Shown: positions 51,501-62,500 of the stretch, one piece after another
Numbering within the stretch: the stretch's first letter is position 1
Layout of the letters: each line of letters opens with the position of its first letter
Virus record (IMG/VR): IMGVR_UViG_3300025154_000063
Span: 24,994-88,993 of that record
DNA: 64,000 bases
DNA from: a virus
Direction: 5' to 3' (one strand)
Translations under genes and position numbers: made by a program
Notes under the pieces: generated by a model
What the model was told of the DNA's origin: nothing
The model's input: only the letters and a program-made list of their open reading frames with translations
The model's database searches: none

Positions 51501-52708
51501 TTAATGAGACAATACCATTATGGAAGACAAAGATTACTGATTTCTTTGGTGCATTTAAAATGCCTGAATTTAAATTCCCAGAGATAAAAACACCAGAATG
51601 GTTGGTTACTCTTGGTGAAGCTTTGTTACCCATAAAGGAAGCTTTTACTACTGGTTTAATTCCAGCACTAGAAACTTTAGCTATTGCTTGGGATGGATTA
51701 ATGATGGCTCTTGCTCCGGCTATGCCAATGTTTGAGACACTTGGAATGGTGATTGGTATAGTAGCAGGTATAGTGGGTAAGGTTTTAGTTTTCTTACTTG
51801 GGGCTTTTGTTGTTGGTTTTATATCAACAATAACAGGAATAGTAACAGGTGTTGTTAACTTTATTACTGGTATAGTAAATGTTATATCTGGTATCATACA
51901 AATATTTACTGGTGTGATACAATTTATTCAGGGTCTTGTTGCGGCAGTTGTAGGGTTTATTGTTGGAATATTTACTGGAGATTTTACAAATGCCATAAAT
52001 GGTTTAAAGACAATGTTTAGTGGTCTCGGCACTGTATTTAGTGGTATTTGGGCTACTATAGCAGCAGTGGTACAAACACTGGTTGGAACTATTCTAGGGT
52101 ATATTACTGGTATGGTTTCATCAGTAATATCATTACTGTCTAATTTGGTAGCAAAAGCTGGTAGTGCTGGAAAAGAATTCTTTGATAATCTTGTTAATAA
52201 AATTAGGGCTATTCCAACAGCTTTTAATACATACATGAACAATATGATACAAGGATTAATTGCCTTTAGAAATAGGTTTGTGTCTGTTGGTTCAGACCTG
52301 ATGTCTGGTTTAAGTGATGGTATTCACAAGAAGGTACAAGCCATCATAAGTTCTGTTGTTGGGGCTGTACAAAGTGCTATTGATGCAGCAAAGAAACTTC
52401 TTGGTATTAGTTCACCTTCTAAGGTATTTGCTAAAATTGGTGCTTACACAGCCGAAGGTTTTGCAGGTGGTGTTGATGCTGGAGAACGTAAATTTGGTGG
52501 AGATGTTGAGGCAAGTATGATGTCATTAGCCATGGGTTTCTCACCACTTGACCCGCTACTTGCTGGCGGCGGTACATCTAACTATAATAATGGTTCAACA
52601 ATTAATGTTCATCGTGATGCAGTTCGTAGTAGTGAAGATATTGATGCAATTGCTGCTGCTGTGCAACGCATGTTAGAACAAAATGCTAGAGCACGAAACG
52701 GATACTAG
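48596..52708 (+). CDS. Tape measure protein
   Basis: 1370 aa, TP901-like core, helical repeats, LGISSPSKVF. Confidence 0.95.
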   Translation: MSNKTTVTVKFMGEASSILKTINQIARRADTLEKSLTTASAKAEKNLIKLKTTLDTVKGGSIGFAVAAIQASKALKNIGVGSQTSSSQVNQVASTVVSATSKLTAFQSGLLSTVRGLVSFTTGLQKTAAGFAKFSSGALTVINSLRVMLQGFTNIGRSMMFFVTVPLIAFFKQLGSAAVNFEAQMTNVGRTTGLNAEAIRSLGGALREYANQTKTPISELTGVMEVLGQAGVTTANELLIYTKIFDMMAVATDSKADSVANSMIKIANAFGWNLKDAAGAVWKLGNVVSVLAKESSANADEIMKSMTDFAGVASVLGMLDGQNAKTSGTIAALGAALVSLGFSADEAGTALKNMFVKLAKNAGKISEVLREVYEGYDTIADVQDKINNNPMDVLFDLMKAARESDNNAKDLLTLMDTFDLRGGRAVAALSSNVELLTRYMQMANDEWDNATSLITDYNRAMTTTQAQLGMLKNNLSDAAITLGETLLPLINNFVQMLVPAIRSAVKWFNTFTQSQKMTAVAVALLIIVIGPLLMFIGQILHGVTLIASGFVTLGKGIFLVVGKFSEFIQALILGIARGAGFFAFLQGWPAAILAVGAAFIAVAKIFPQFGNAIANVFRKLADSAANWGTKLAASYANGFLAGAIKYIVKVVNWVANTIASFFEAHSPPTTGPLSTIDKWGVALMASYLRGFKLADFSVLSDIGKIIEQELTRGIDDDLMDSVLKKVAKAREVLAKLIDGFNKTGTISDSMIDEALNGIGYLTQDVKDLIKLWVEYNAVQQRLADLEERRKNTLKSYESAIEGIGSSSASALEKAEAIRNAMAGRDTSLREIEKEKTVLDEQASVLEEQMKWQKEMIAAVQEQADLFSRIADILDKMSDFKMGDVGFDIKAGGGNLKPDLSGIELPAFDVVLRFSKGQALWDAFVAGITGKPLEVPAEFMVNENGEAILPEEFLNVFAAGGKLAPAYTFFNETIPLWKTKITDFFGAFKMPEFKFPEIKTPEWLVTLGEALLPIKEAFTTGLIPALETLAIAWDGLMMALAPAMPMFETLGMVIGIVAGIVGKVLVFLLGAFVVGFISTITGIVTGVVNFITGIVNVISGIIQIFTGVIQFIQGLVAAVVGFIVGIFTGDFTNAINGLKTMFSGLGTVFSGIWATIAAVVQTLVGTILGYITGMVSSVISLLSNLVAKAGSAGKEFFDNLVNKIRAIPTAFNTYMNNMIQGLIAFRNRFVSVGSDLMSGLSDGIHKKVQAIISSVVGAVQSAIDAAKKLLGISSPSKVFAKIGAYTAEGFAGGVDAGERKFGGDVEASMMSLAMGFSPLDPLLAGGGTSNYNNGSTINVHRDAVRSSEDIDAIAAAVQRMLEQNARARNGY

Positions 52709-52716
52709 GAGTAACT

Positions 52717-54183
52717 ATGGCGTTTATTTTAAAACTATATGATGGTACAACAACAATAGACTTCATCAGCAAGGCAGCAGGATATAGTCTTGCTGATGGT
52801 GGTCTAACTATTTCTGCCCCAAAGAAGAAACAAATATGGGGTGGTGATTCTATTTATGTTAGTGGTTCTAGTCTTGTTGCATCCACATTTAATAACAGGG
52901 AGATTAATATTGTATTCAGGGTTACAGGTTCATCACGTGATTCTGTTGGTGATAAGGTAAGTGCCATAGAAAGAATTATTGAAAATGCAAGAAATCGTTC
53001 TATAGAACAGGTTGGTACTAGGGTTGAACTACAGTATGCTTGGGATGGCTCTTCCACAACTACATATTTTGAGGTTATTGATGGTGAAATAAACTGGCCT
53101 AAAGATGTTATGTCTGTAGACCAAGTGCATCAGACAAACTCAAGCGGGGAATATATTATCTTTGATATGGAATTATCATTGACAGTGTTTCCATTTACTT
53201 ATAAGACATCCCCTGTGAGTGGGTCTCCAACAGAGATAGGCGTGTCTAATACAGCTACAGCTAAAGTTACCGGAGGTGTGGTTGTCTTTAATCACAATGA
53301 CGGAGCTACCCACCAAAACTGGATAGAAATTGATGCAGCTGATGTTGATGGTGATTACCCAGCTCTTACTAAATTAATTTTAAAAGCAGAGTCAGGAGAG
53401 GCAGAAAAGACATCAAAGATTTATATGGGTGTTCGTAAGGGAGACCAGACTTTTGTACACACTCTTGAAGATGATGATGCTACGTTTGTAATAGCTTCGG
53501 CTACTCCTACTTCACAGCCGGACGATGCGTCTGGTGATACATATACTAACTTAGTGTTTTCTGGTACAACAGAACAAGCACTAATACAGTGGGGATTAAC
53601 TAATGCACAAACAGAAGCTACGAAAGGCCCGTTTAGAATATTTGGCAGGGCTAAATTATCTACACACTGGGACAATGCCGCCAACTACAGAGTGCGTATC
53701 TTGTATGGTTCTGCAGTTATGTATGAAGGTGAGTGGAGAAGACCTCTTGACTCAACAACAGAACTCTTTGACTTTGGGACATTCTTTCTACCACCTTGGC
53801 TTGTTGGCTCGCTTACGGATATTGCTGGGCTTACCATTGAAATCCAAGGAGTAAGGGCTACTGCAGGAACAACAACAATAGCCTTAGATTACTTGTGCCT
53901 TATGCCACAAGATGGTGGGTATAGGGTAATTGATTTTAGAAATACTGGTGCTACTCAATTTGACTATGTTGTAGATGATGGCTGGACAGATACCGTTTAC
54001 CACATTAACTCATCTTCCAAGAAAACAGGCTTACCTTTTGGTCTTATGCCAAGACTTAGATTAGTCCCAAATGTAAAGCAGCGTATATATTTCTTGATGG
54101 AAGGAACAGCCAAAACTTCTGACATTACAAGACAACTTAAGGTACAAGTTTATACTATTCCTGTATTCAACACAATGTCATAA
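52717..54183 (+). CDS. Distal tail (Dit-like) protein
   Basis: Position after TMP; size. Confidence 0.65.
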   Translation: MAFILKLYDGTTTIDFISKAAGYSLADGGLTISAPKKKQIWGGDSIYVSGSSLVASTFNNREINIVFRVTGSSRDSVGDKVSAIERIIENARNRSIEQVGTRVELQYAWDGSSTTTYFEVIDGEINWPKDVMSVDQVHQTNSSGEYIIFDMELSLTVFPFTYKTSPVSGSPTEIGVSNTATAKVTGGVVVFNHNDGATHQNWIEIDAADVDGDYPALTKLILKAESGEAEKTSKIYMGVRKGDQTFVHTLEDDDATFVIASATPTSQPDDASGDTYTNLVFSGTTEQALIQWGLTNAQTEATKGPFRIFGRAKLSTHWDNAANYRVRILYGSAVMYEGEWRRPLDSTTELFDFGTFFLPPWLVGSLTDIAGLTIEIQGVRATAGTTTIALDYLCLMPQDGGYRVIDFRNTGATQFDYVVDDGWTDTVYHINSSSKKTGLPFGLMPRLRLVPNVKQRIYFLMEGTAKTSDITRQLKVQVYTIPVFNTMS

Positions 54184-54186
54184 ATT

Positions 54187-55323
54187 ATGAATCTAATAAT
54201 TGCAATTTACAGCTCTTATGATGAGTCACCTGAAAGCTTCGTTGAAGCCACCAGCCTACATAGTGGTCTACAGTTTGAGACCATTATGAGTGGTGGTTTT
54301 GGCGTTGGCTCATTTACAGTACACGTAGGTGGCTGGAATGCTGTTAGATGGTATCGAGACTACTTAGGATACCATGTTGTTATTTTTGACCACTTAGGCA
54401 GGCGTGTGTATGAAGGCTACATTGACAACACGGATGCTGCTGCCAACGGTGTTAAGGTGAACATAGTAGGATATTATGCCCACTCTAATGACTTGTTTCA
54501 TGGAATAATATATCCTGCCTCTACAGCAAAATCAATTAGTGAGATTGTAACAGAGACCGTTCAATTAGCAACTAAGTGGTCTACTGATGTAACACAAATA
54601 AAAGTAACAACTACAAATGTTGCCCCACAAGATTTCACTGGTGAGGCAAAATTAAAAGATGCAATAGAGGCTGTGTTGAAGTTTGGTGATGATGGTATTA
54701 ATCCTGTACCACTATACTTTGCTATATGGGAAAATAGGAGAGCTTATCTAATTGCAGAACCTCTAGTTAGTGATGAACCAGACTGGCAGGTTAGGACAGC
54801 AGACTTTATTGATAGCTCTGGACTATCACTAAGCCGTTCTCGTAAAGACCTATTTAATAAAATACAGGTATTGTATGACGACCCATATATTGGGGCTACA
54901 TTTACTGGGTGGTTTGAAGACCTTACAAGTCAAAAATTATTTGGTACTCGTGAGGGTAGCCTTAATATCGGAGCAGCGTTTGAAGATATTGCTCTTGTTA
55001 TGGGTGCTCTTGCTATTAACAGTTATGCAAGACCAACACAGTCGTCTACGTTAGGTGTTGCCGGCAGTGTGTATAACAAAGCTGGTGGTAGAGATTATCC
55101 ATACATGATTAGAGCAGGACAGCAATTAAGAGTAAATGACTATGATGCAACAGTGTCACAACTGGTTGACGGTGGTGGTGGTGCTGATTCAGCCATGGCA
55201 TTTATAAGCAGAACACAATATAATGCAGACAAAAACTCTGTGTCTCTTGAGATTGGGCGCAAGAATCTAGCTATGGATATTCTAATGGCACGTCTTGGCA
55301 TGAGTAGTGCCGCTGTGAGATAA
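54187..55323 (+). CDS. Tail hub (Tal-like) protein
   Basis: Position after Dit; size. Confidence 0.6.
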   Translation: MNLIIAIYSSYDESPESFVEATSLHSGLQFETIMSGGFGVGSFTVHVGGWNAVRWYRDYLGYHVVIFDHLGRRVYEGYIDNTDAAANGVKVNIVGYYAHSNDLFHGIIYPASTAKSISEIVTETVQLATKWSTDVTQIKVTTTNVAPQDFTGEAKLKDAIEAVLKFGDDGINPVPLYFAIWENRRAYLIAEPLVSDEPDWQVRTADFIDSSGLSLSRSRKDLFNKIQVLYDDPYIGATFTGWFEDLTSQKLFGTREGSLNIGAAFEDIALVMGALAINSYARPTQSSTLGVAGSVYNKAGGRDYPYMIRAGQQLRVNDYDATVSQLVDGGGGADSAMAFISRTQYNADKNSVSLEIGRKNLAMDILMARLGMSSAAVR

Positions 55324-55325
55324 TT

Positions 55326-57653
55326 ATGACAATTAGTACAGCAGAGATTAATCAACTAAAAGCATACTTCCTATCAAAAGATGGTGGAGCTGTAACTGGT
55401 CATATATTACCATCCACTACAGAGGATTATAATCTTGGTTCTCCTACTCAGAGGTGGGACACTATTTATGCACGTGAAATTGTAGTAGACGTTGGTGGTG
55501 GTGGTGGAGAAACCCTTGATGCTGAAACTGTACAGGGTTTTGGAGCATCTGCATTACCTGTTGCAGAAACATTACTAGCTCTTGATGTGAATGCTCAGTA
55601 TCCATCTTCTGTATATGCCGAAGCACTATTAATTGATGGTACACGACAACTTAATGGTAGCATGGCCGTTATAGCAGGAGCTACCATTGATGGTATTGAC
55701 CTAAGTACACATGTCCACACTGGCGTTGCTGGCAGTGGTGGCAAAGTAACCCATGGCGACTTGTTATCTTTGGACGCAGATGACCACCCACACTATGCTC
55801 AACGTGCTCAGGATGAAATCATCACTGGTGACTGGATGTTTACTCACCTTGTTGACAGGTCAGCAGGTTGGATGTTCTTACCAGATGAAAAGAAATTCAC
55901 AGCCGTTCCACATAACTTATCAATGTATGCCGATGCAGATAAAGCATCTCTTGAGCTCGGTGAAGTAATTGCTACAGAACCTGCTATATTACTGTATGAT
56001 GATAACACACCAACTTCTTATTTAAAGGTTGGTCGTGGAGATATTTCTGTTACACTAAGTGCTACTGACCCAAATTATAGAATGTGGGCTGGCAACGAAA
56101 CTGCTGCCACAGCCCCATTTAGAATTTCTACTGATGGTACTACAACAATTCACGGGGCTAACATCTATGGTAACCTAGAAAGTAATAACTATGTTGCCGA
56201 ACAGAAGGGTTGGCACTTAGATGAAAGTGGGTTTGCTGAATTTGGAAATGTAAATGTTCGTGGTAGAATTACTTCTGTTGTATATCAGAAACTTCTAGCC
56301 AGCGCTGTGTCAGGTCGGCAGATATTCACAGATGGTGCTGTAGTAGCAGTAGAGATAGATGCAACAACAACAACAGTATATTTTAAAGAAGACTCATTCT
56401 TAAGGAATGACTTTGTTCAGTTTATACAGGGTGATAGGAGTGAATGGATTCAAATATTAAGTGACCCTGTTATTGTTGGGGATAACTTTGAATATATTGT
56501 ATCCCGTGACCTAGAAGGTATAGGTGGGGCTATCCACTATGTTGGCGAGACAGCTGTTCGCAAGGGTACTGCTACCAGCGTTGAAGCGGTCTCTCTGTTC
56601 AGTGACCCAGACAACGGGTTCGGAGCACTCGGTTTCGGTGGTGGTAGTTACTCTGCTCTCGGTGGTTTTATGACCATTGAGGGAGACCGTAACTATGGCC
56701 CATATTTTGCTGTTACTCGTAGGTTTGGTGCAGATTATAATCAATTAGAGGATGTTGTTCGTATTGGAAGGCTAGCTAACTTTCTTGGAATAGCAACAGA
56801 CGAATATGGTATTGGTGTTGGTGATGTTAATAGATACTTTATGTATGATGCTATCAATGGTTTACAGATTAAGACAGCCGGCGGCAGTACATCACTAGAT
56901 GACAATGGTATTTCATCAGACCAATTTGCTTTAGGTATTGTTGTTTCTCCACCAGCATACGTTGATGGTTATGCAAACTTATACTTTGATGACACATCAC
57001 AGGCTGTGCATGTTCGTGTTAAGGATGGTGCATACGAGAGTGATATGGCATTAACACCATCTTCTGCCGCCACAGGCGCAGAAGTTACAGCTGGTACAAA
57101 CAATACTAAATTTGCAACACCCCTTGCTTTGGCAGATGCTGGTGTTAATGTTCCAACCCCTGCTGCAAGCACAACTGTGGCTGGTAAAGTAGAAATAGCC
57201 ATAGCATCTGAGATAGATACTGGAACAGACACTGGAAGGGCGATTAGTCCAGACTCCTTAGCCGGCAGTAATCTTGGTATTAGATATGCTCAGATAGCTG
57301 TATTTTTGGCAACAAGTGACATAGAAACTGGTGATGGTAAAGCATATTTTGTTGTGCCTCCTGCTCTGGCTGGTATGAATTTAGTAAGTGTTCATGCAAA
57401 AGTAATTACAGCAGGAACAACAAATACTACAGATATTCAGATTGCTAATGTAACTGATGCCGTTGATATGTTGTCAACAAAGATAACAATTGACTCTGCC
57501 GAGACTGGTTCTGATACAGCGGTAACACCAGCCGTGATAAATGGTACTTATGATGATGTTGCTGCTTATGATTTACTTAGAATAGATGTTGATGCTAAAA
57601 GCACTACAGCTCCTAAAGGGCTTATAGTTACTTTTGGTTTTCAGTTACCTTAA
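55326..57653 (+). CDS. Tail fibre or central fibre
   Basis: DDHPHY, APFRI, GW.LD..G.AEF fibre motifs. Confidence 0.75.
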   Translation: MTISTAEINQLKAYFLSKDGGAVTGHILPSTTEDYNLGSPTQRWDTIYAREIVVDVGGGGGETLDAETVQGFGASALPVAETLLALDVNAQYPSSVYAEALLIDGTRQLNGSMAVIAGATIDGIDLSTHVHTGVAGSGGKVTHGDLLSLDADDHPHYAQRAQDEIITGDWMFTHLVDRSAGWMFLPDEKKFTAVPHNLSMYADADKASLELGEVIATEPAILLYDDNTPTSYLKVGRGDISVTLSATDPNYRMWAGNETAATAPFRISTDGTTTIHGANIYGNLESNNYVAEQKGWHLDESGFAEFGNVNVRGRITSVVYQKLLASAVSGRQIFTDGAVVAVEIDATTTTVYFKEDSFLRNDFVQFIQGDRSEWIQILSDPVIVGDNFEYIVSRDLEGIGGAIHYVGETAVRKGTATSVEAVSLFSDPDNGFGALGFGGGSYSALGGFMTIEGDRNYGPYFAVTRRFGADYNQLEDVVRIGRLANFLGIATDEYGIGVGDVNRYFMYDAINGLQIKTAGGSTSLDDNGISSDQFALGIVVSPPAYVDGYANLYFDDTSQAVHVRVKDGAYESDMALTPSSAATGAEVTAGTNNTKFATPLALADAGVNVPTPAASTTVAGKVEIAIASEIDTGTDTGRAISPDSLAGSNLGIRYAQIAVFLATSDIETGDGKAYFVVPPALAGMNLVSVHAKVITAGTTNTTDIQIANVTDAVDMLSTKITIDSAETGSDTAVTPAVINGTYDDVAAYDLLRIDVDAKSTTAPKGLIVTFGFQLP

Positions 57654-57666
57654 TGAAAGAGAATAC

Positions 57667-58296
57667 ATGCCAATAAGTTTATTGTCTCACGACGGTGCAT
57701 ATAACTCAAGCAGCAAAACAATAGTTATACCTTCTGGTACAACATTATTAATTGTTCATGCTATGGGTCAGATAACTGGTATGACTGTTAATGGTGTTTC
57801 TATATATGATACCTATTTATATAGAAGTTTGTCTATACCACAAAATCATGGTTTTACTCATGTATTTTATATGTTTGACCCACCAATAGGTTCAGTTCCT
57901 TTTGCTTTAACTACCTCTGGTGGGTATAGAGCATTTACTATTACATATTGGTCTGGCGAAGACCGAAGTAATACTTTTTCTGCAGTAAGCTCAATGACTG
58001 ATGAGGCAACGGATACTACTCCACATGTCACAATGACTGGTTTAAATACAAGGAACGGTGTATCCTTTTTACAAATGGGGTCTTATAATAATGTTGGGTC
58101 AACTGGTGACAGCCCACAAATAGACCTCACAGAATATAGAGGAAACTTTGCTGGTTCTAGTTGTTCATATATGCAACATACAGCAGAAACAGAAACCATG
58201 GGATTTACCCTTTCTGGAACATCGTGGATTGGGATGAGTGCTTTTGTTATCTATGCTAAACCATCTTTTATACCAAATATTATTAATATAATATAA
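57667..58296 (+). CDS. Putative virion or receptor-binding accessory protein
   Basis: Beta-rich, S/T/G-rich; tail module. Confidence 0.5.
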   Translation: MPISLLSHDGAYNSSSKTIVIPSGTTLLIVHAMGQITGMTVNGVSIYDTYLYRSLSIPQNHGFTHVFYMFDPPIGSVPFALTTSGGYRAFTITYWSGEDRSNTFSAVSSMTDEATDTTPHVTMTGLNTRNGVSFLQMGSYNNVGSTGDSPQIDLTEYRGNFAGSSCSYMQHTAETETMGFTLSGTSWIGMSAFVIYAKPSFIPNIINII

Positions 58297-58396
58297 TTAA
58301 ATTATGTCCAACTATGTAATAAAATGATTGTAGATACTGACTGAGGATTATTCCTCAATAACTTGATTTTTATTAAATAATTCTCGGAGGATTATA

Positions 58397-58819
58397 ATGG
58401 CAGCTTTTGTAAAATTTGAAGCTTTTACTGAACATTTGGCTGAAAAGGTTCATAACTTGGGGGCAGATGCTTTAACAATTGCCTTATCTAATGATGCACC
58501 AAGTGCATCACTTGATGCAGTTTTAGCAGATTTGACATCACAAGTGTCTTATGCAAACTGTTCAGCCCGTGTTCCAACAATATCTGGTTCTGTACAAACG
58601 GGTGGTGTATACAAGTTAACTCTAGCTGACTTGGTTTTGACAGCCTCAGGTGGCTCAGTTGGGCCATTTAGGTATATTATTCTCTATAATGATACTCCTA
58701 CTTCACCAGCAGACCCACTAATAGGGTATTATGATTATGGTTCAAGCATTACCTTGTTGACTGGTGAAACACTTACTATTAACTTTGATGATGCTAACGG
58801 TGTGCTTACTATAACATAA
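58397..58819 (+). CDS. Virion structural protein
   Basis: GPFRYIILYNDT...LIGYYDYG family motif. Confidence 0.65.
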   Translation: MAAFVKFEAFTEHLAEKVHNLGADALTIALSNDAPSASLDAVLADLTSQVSYANCSARVPTISGSVQTGGVYKLTLADLVLTASGGSVGPFRYIILYNDTPTSPADPLIGYYDYGSSITLLTGETLTINFDDANGVLTIT

Positions 58820-58935
58820 TTATTATGTATATGTATAGTAATCATAAAACCTAGTAGGAAAGTACTATACTATTCTCCGCATAGTCACAAGCTTTGCGGA
58901 GAATTTCATATAAAATAGAATTTTGGAGATAAGAC

Positions 58936-59550
58936 ATGCCTGTATTACAGCCTAGTGAATATGATATAAGTTATTTTGATGGGAGACTAGCAACTCTTTC
59001 ACATAATGCTGGCTATACTGTTTATAATAGGTGGCAAAGAGTGAGTAGTGATTATGTTCCAGCAGAACAATCTACTGGAGAATTTTGGAAAGACATGGCA
59101 CTGAGATATAATATTGACCACTCTCTTCAAAATAAAAAAGTATTGGAAATTGGTTGTGCTAAAGGGTTTATTGTAGAGGCCTTAAGAGATTTGGGGGTAA
59201 ATGCTTACGGTATTGATGTTTCAGAATATGCAATAAGTTGTGCTAGGGAAGACATTAAACCATACTTAACAGTAGCAGATGCCAGAACTTATCTATCTAA
59301 CTATTCTAATAGAGAATTTGCTTTATTATTTTCAAGGAGAACTCTATCCTGTTTTACCAATGCTGAAATTACCAGTATGGTAACACAGATGAATAGAATT
59401 GCAGTTCAACAAGTTCACTCTGTTTGGGAGGGAGATAACCCCCTGTATTACAATGTTATGCCAATACAAACCTTTGTAGATACCTTTGCTTGGAAAAAAG
59501 GTACTATTTTTGTAAATGCTGATAAAATGGCAACAATTTATAGGAAGTAA
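58936..59550 (+). CDS. Class I SAM-dependent methyltransferase
   Basis: VLEIGCAKG, GIDVSEYA, VADA. Confidence 0.85.
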   Translation: MPVLQPSEYDISYFDGRLATLSHNAGYTVYNRWQRVSSDYVPAEQSTGEFWKDMALRYNIDHSLQNKKVLEIGCAKGFIVEALRDLGVNAYGIDVSEYAISCAREDIKPYLTVADARTYLSNYSNREFALLFSRRTLSCFTNAEITSMVTQMNRIAVQQVHSVWEGDNPLYYNVMPIQTFVDTFAWKKGTIFVNADKMATIYRK

Positions 59551-59552
59551 TA

Positions 59553-62500
59553 ATGGCTGCTGTGCAAGTAACTAGTGCAAACAATAATAATATTGATAAT
59601 GGAAACCGTGTATGTGTAAGAACATCTGCTGGTATTCCATATGTAGTTCTTGTTGATGCTACTGATGGTTCTATAGAAGTATGGAAAGGAAATTCTTCAA
59701 CCCCAACTTCTTGGACAGAACAAGATACTGCCAATAACCCCGATGCTACTACCTATGGGTCAGTGTCTGCCGCTATTGACTCTACTGGAATTATTCATAT
59801 AGTTTTTATGGAATATATTTCTAAATCTGATGATTTGGAATATATAACTTTTAATACAAACACAGATGTATTTGCTGGTGCTGAAACAATAAATGCTGAC
59901 TTAGGCGTTCAATCTATTTCTATTGTTACGCTGTATACAGCAATTGCCATTGATAGTAATGATATTCCTCATATAGCTTATGTGGGTGTGGAAGCTAACG
60001 CAGGCTCACTTGGTAAGGTTGTTAGATATAATAACAGAATAGGTGGAGCTTGGAATACTTCGGGTGTTGAAGTTGAAGGACAAACATCAAATCTAGACTG
60101 TACTTATCCAGATATAGCTATTACAAATGAAAATATACCTGTTATCTCTTATACAAATTCTGAAAACTCTGAACTTTGTAGAGCTGTTGGAAATTTAAAT
60201 GATGCCACTTCATTTACTTTGATAGTCTTAGATACTTCTGCTCTTAATTCTGGTAGGACTTCTATTTGTGTAGATAATTTAAATAATATTTACGTTGCTG
60301 GACTGGACAGTGATGGAAAAGTAATGGTCTATAATGGAACTACTCAGAGACTAACCACTAATAGTGGTGGTGACCCCTCAATACTGTGGAGAAGTTCAGG
60401 ACTATATCTTTTTTATACAGATAGTGCACAGGATATTGTATATCAGGTTTCAACAGACGGTGGAGTAAACTGGTCTACAAAAACTGTTTTAGAAACAGGC
60501 ACACTTAGTTATGCAAGAGCTAGATGGTCTACATATGCAAATTTTAATGCTCGTCCTACAGTAGCTTTAAATACTCCTACAAATACACAAGAGATTACCG
60601 ATACTACCCCAGATTTAAAATTTACTGGTACAGATACAGATACATATATAGACTATGTATTCAGGGATAATATAGGGGAAGGTATATTGTGGAATACTTT
60701 AACAGTATCAGGAGATACAATTGATTATGAAATACAGGTTGATACTGTTAATACTTTTGATAGTCTTGGTGTTGTTACTGGTTCTCCAGCAATAGATGGT
60801 GATACAACGTCAAGTGCATCACTAACAAGATTAAATACCATTAATCCTGTATCAACTGCTGGAACAATAACAGTCGTAGAAATTTTTGCTGCTCTTGAGA
60901 TGACAGGTGTTAAAGTTGGAACTTTTTATGGAAGTGGAACAAGTTGGCAGTGTAGAAGTTTTGCCTCATTAGGGACTGTTACTGCTGGAAGTAAACAGAG
61001 ATTCACAGGTTTAAGTATTACTGCAGAAGTTGGAGATATTTTGGGAATATACTACACTAGTGGGTCTATTGAATCCACAACAGCGTGGACTACTAGTGTA
61101 GCATCTCTTTTTCGTTCAGCAGACAATTTTAGTAATGGTGTTCAAACCTATACTTCAAGTACTAAATTGCTAAGTTTTTGTAGTGTTGGTACTATTATTA
61201 GTGCTGTGTCAGATGAGCATACAGGTTTTTCAGCTGGAGCTTCACACCCGACAGCCTCTGGTGTTGAACAGACTTATACTGTACAATCAGACTTAACAGT
61301 ACCAGATACCTATTATTGGAGAGTAAGAGCAAAAGACCCTTTCGGGAGCAATACTTTTGGGGAGTGGTCATCCGTATACTCTTTTGATTTAGCAGATACT
61401 GGACATACACCATTAGATGCCACACCAAATAAAGCCCTGTCTCTATCTGGTATTGGTGTCTCACTACTATATGGTCGTAAGCTTGATGCCACACCAAACA
61501 AGGAATATACCTTAGATGGTAAAGTTGTATCCTTTAATAAAGGTATACTTTTTGATATAACAACCGGCAGCTTTTTAATAGACCCAGTATCTAGTATATT
61601 TACTACACAGCGGGCAATACCAACAGCTGTGTTAGAGTTAATATTGTCTTTAAAAAGCTCTGAATTTGCAAAGAACTCTAAGTTAAACACTAATGTTGGT
61701 ACTATTGTACATGATGGAAAAACAATAGAGTTACTTCGTTCAGCATTAATTAGTGCCGAGCTATATGAGGCATCACTTTCTGGTATATCTAATAGTTATT
61801 TGTATAATAAATACCTGTCTACAGACGTTCTTAACATCGAGTTGGTTGGTATTCCTCCACAACTAATTAATAATCATCCTCTTAATGCTGTTGTTGGTGC
61901 ACTGACATTGAATGGAATAGTCAGTGAATTATTACACAATAAAACTTTTAATGCCAATATTACAACTTTCAGTATGTCTGGTAGTGCTTTACTGTTTGCT
62001 ATTGGTAAAGCTATTGATGCTGGTGTTGGGGCTTTTTCTGTGCAAGGAATTAATAATCTACTTTCACGCACCTATCAACTAACTACTACAGTAAATGCTA
62101 CAAACCTTTCTGGAAAACAACTTGATTTTTATCGTGGATTATTAACAACTATTGATAGTTTATCTTTATCATTATCTGGAATTAATACTGGACTTTTCCG
62201 TGGTAGAATGGTATCAGTAAATACTGGTGAGCTATCCATGGCTGGTCAAGCAGTAGAATTACTGCAACAAAAAATATTAACGGCAGCAGTATTAGACTTC
62301 TTGGTGTCTGGAATTGGTATATCTTTCAGCTCAGAGGCGATATTAAATGCCTCTACTAATGCCCTATCAATGGCTCTTATTGATGCTGCACTTATTTATG
62401 CTAGACTATTTTCACCTACTGTTACCACATTCTCAACAAGCAACCCAGCAACCAGCCTACATGCAGACAGATTACTGCAGGCGGTTGTACAAACCTATAC

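Noticed and set aside
61412-61505. Direct repeat GATGCCACACCAAA
   Set aside because: Codes for the LDATPNK unit of the fibre protein's internal repeats
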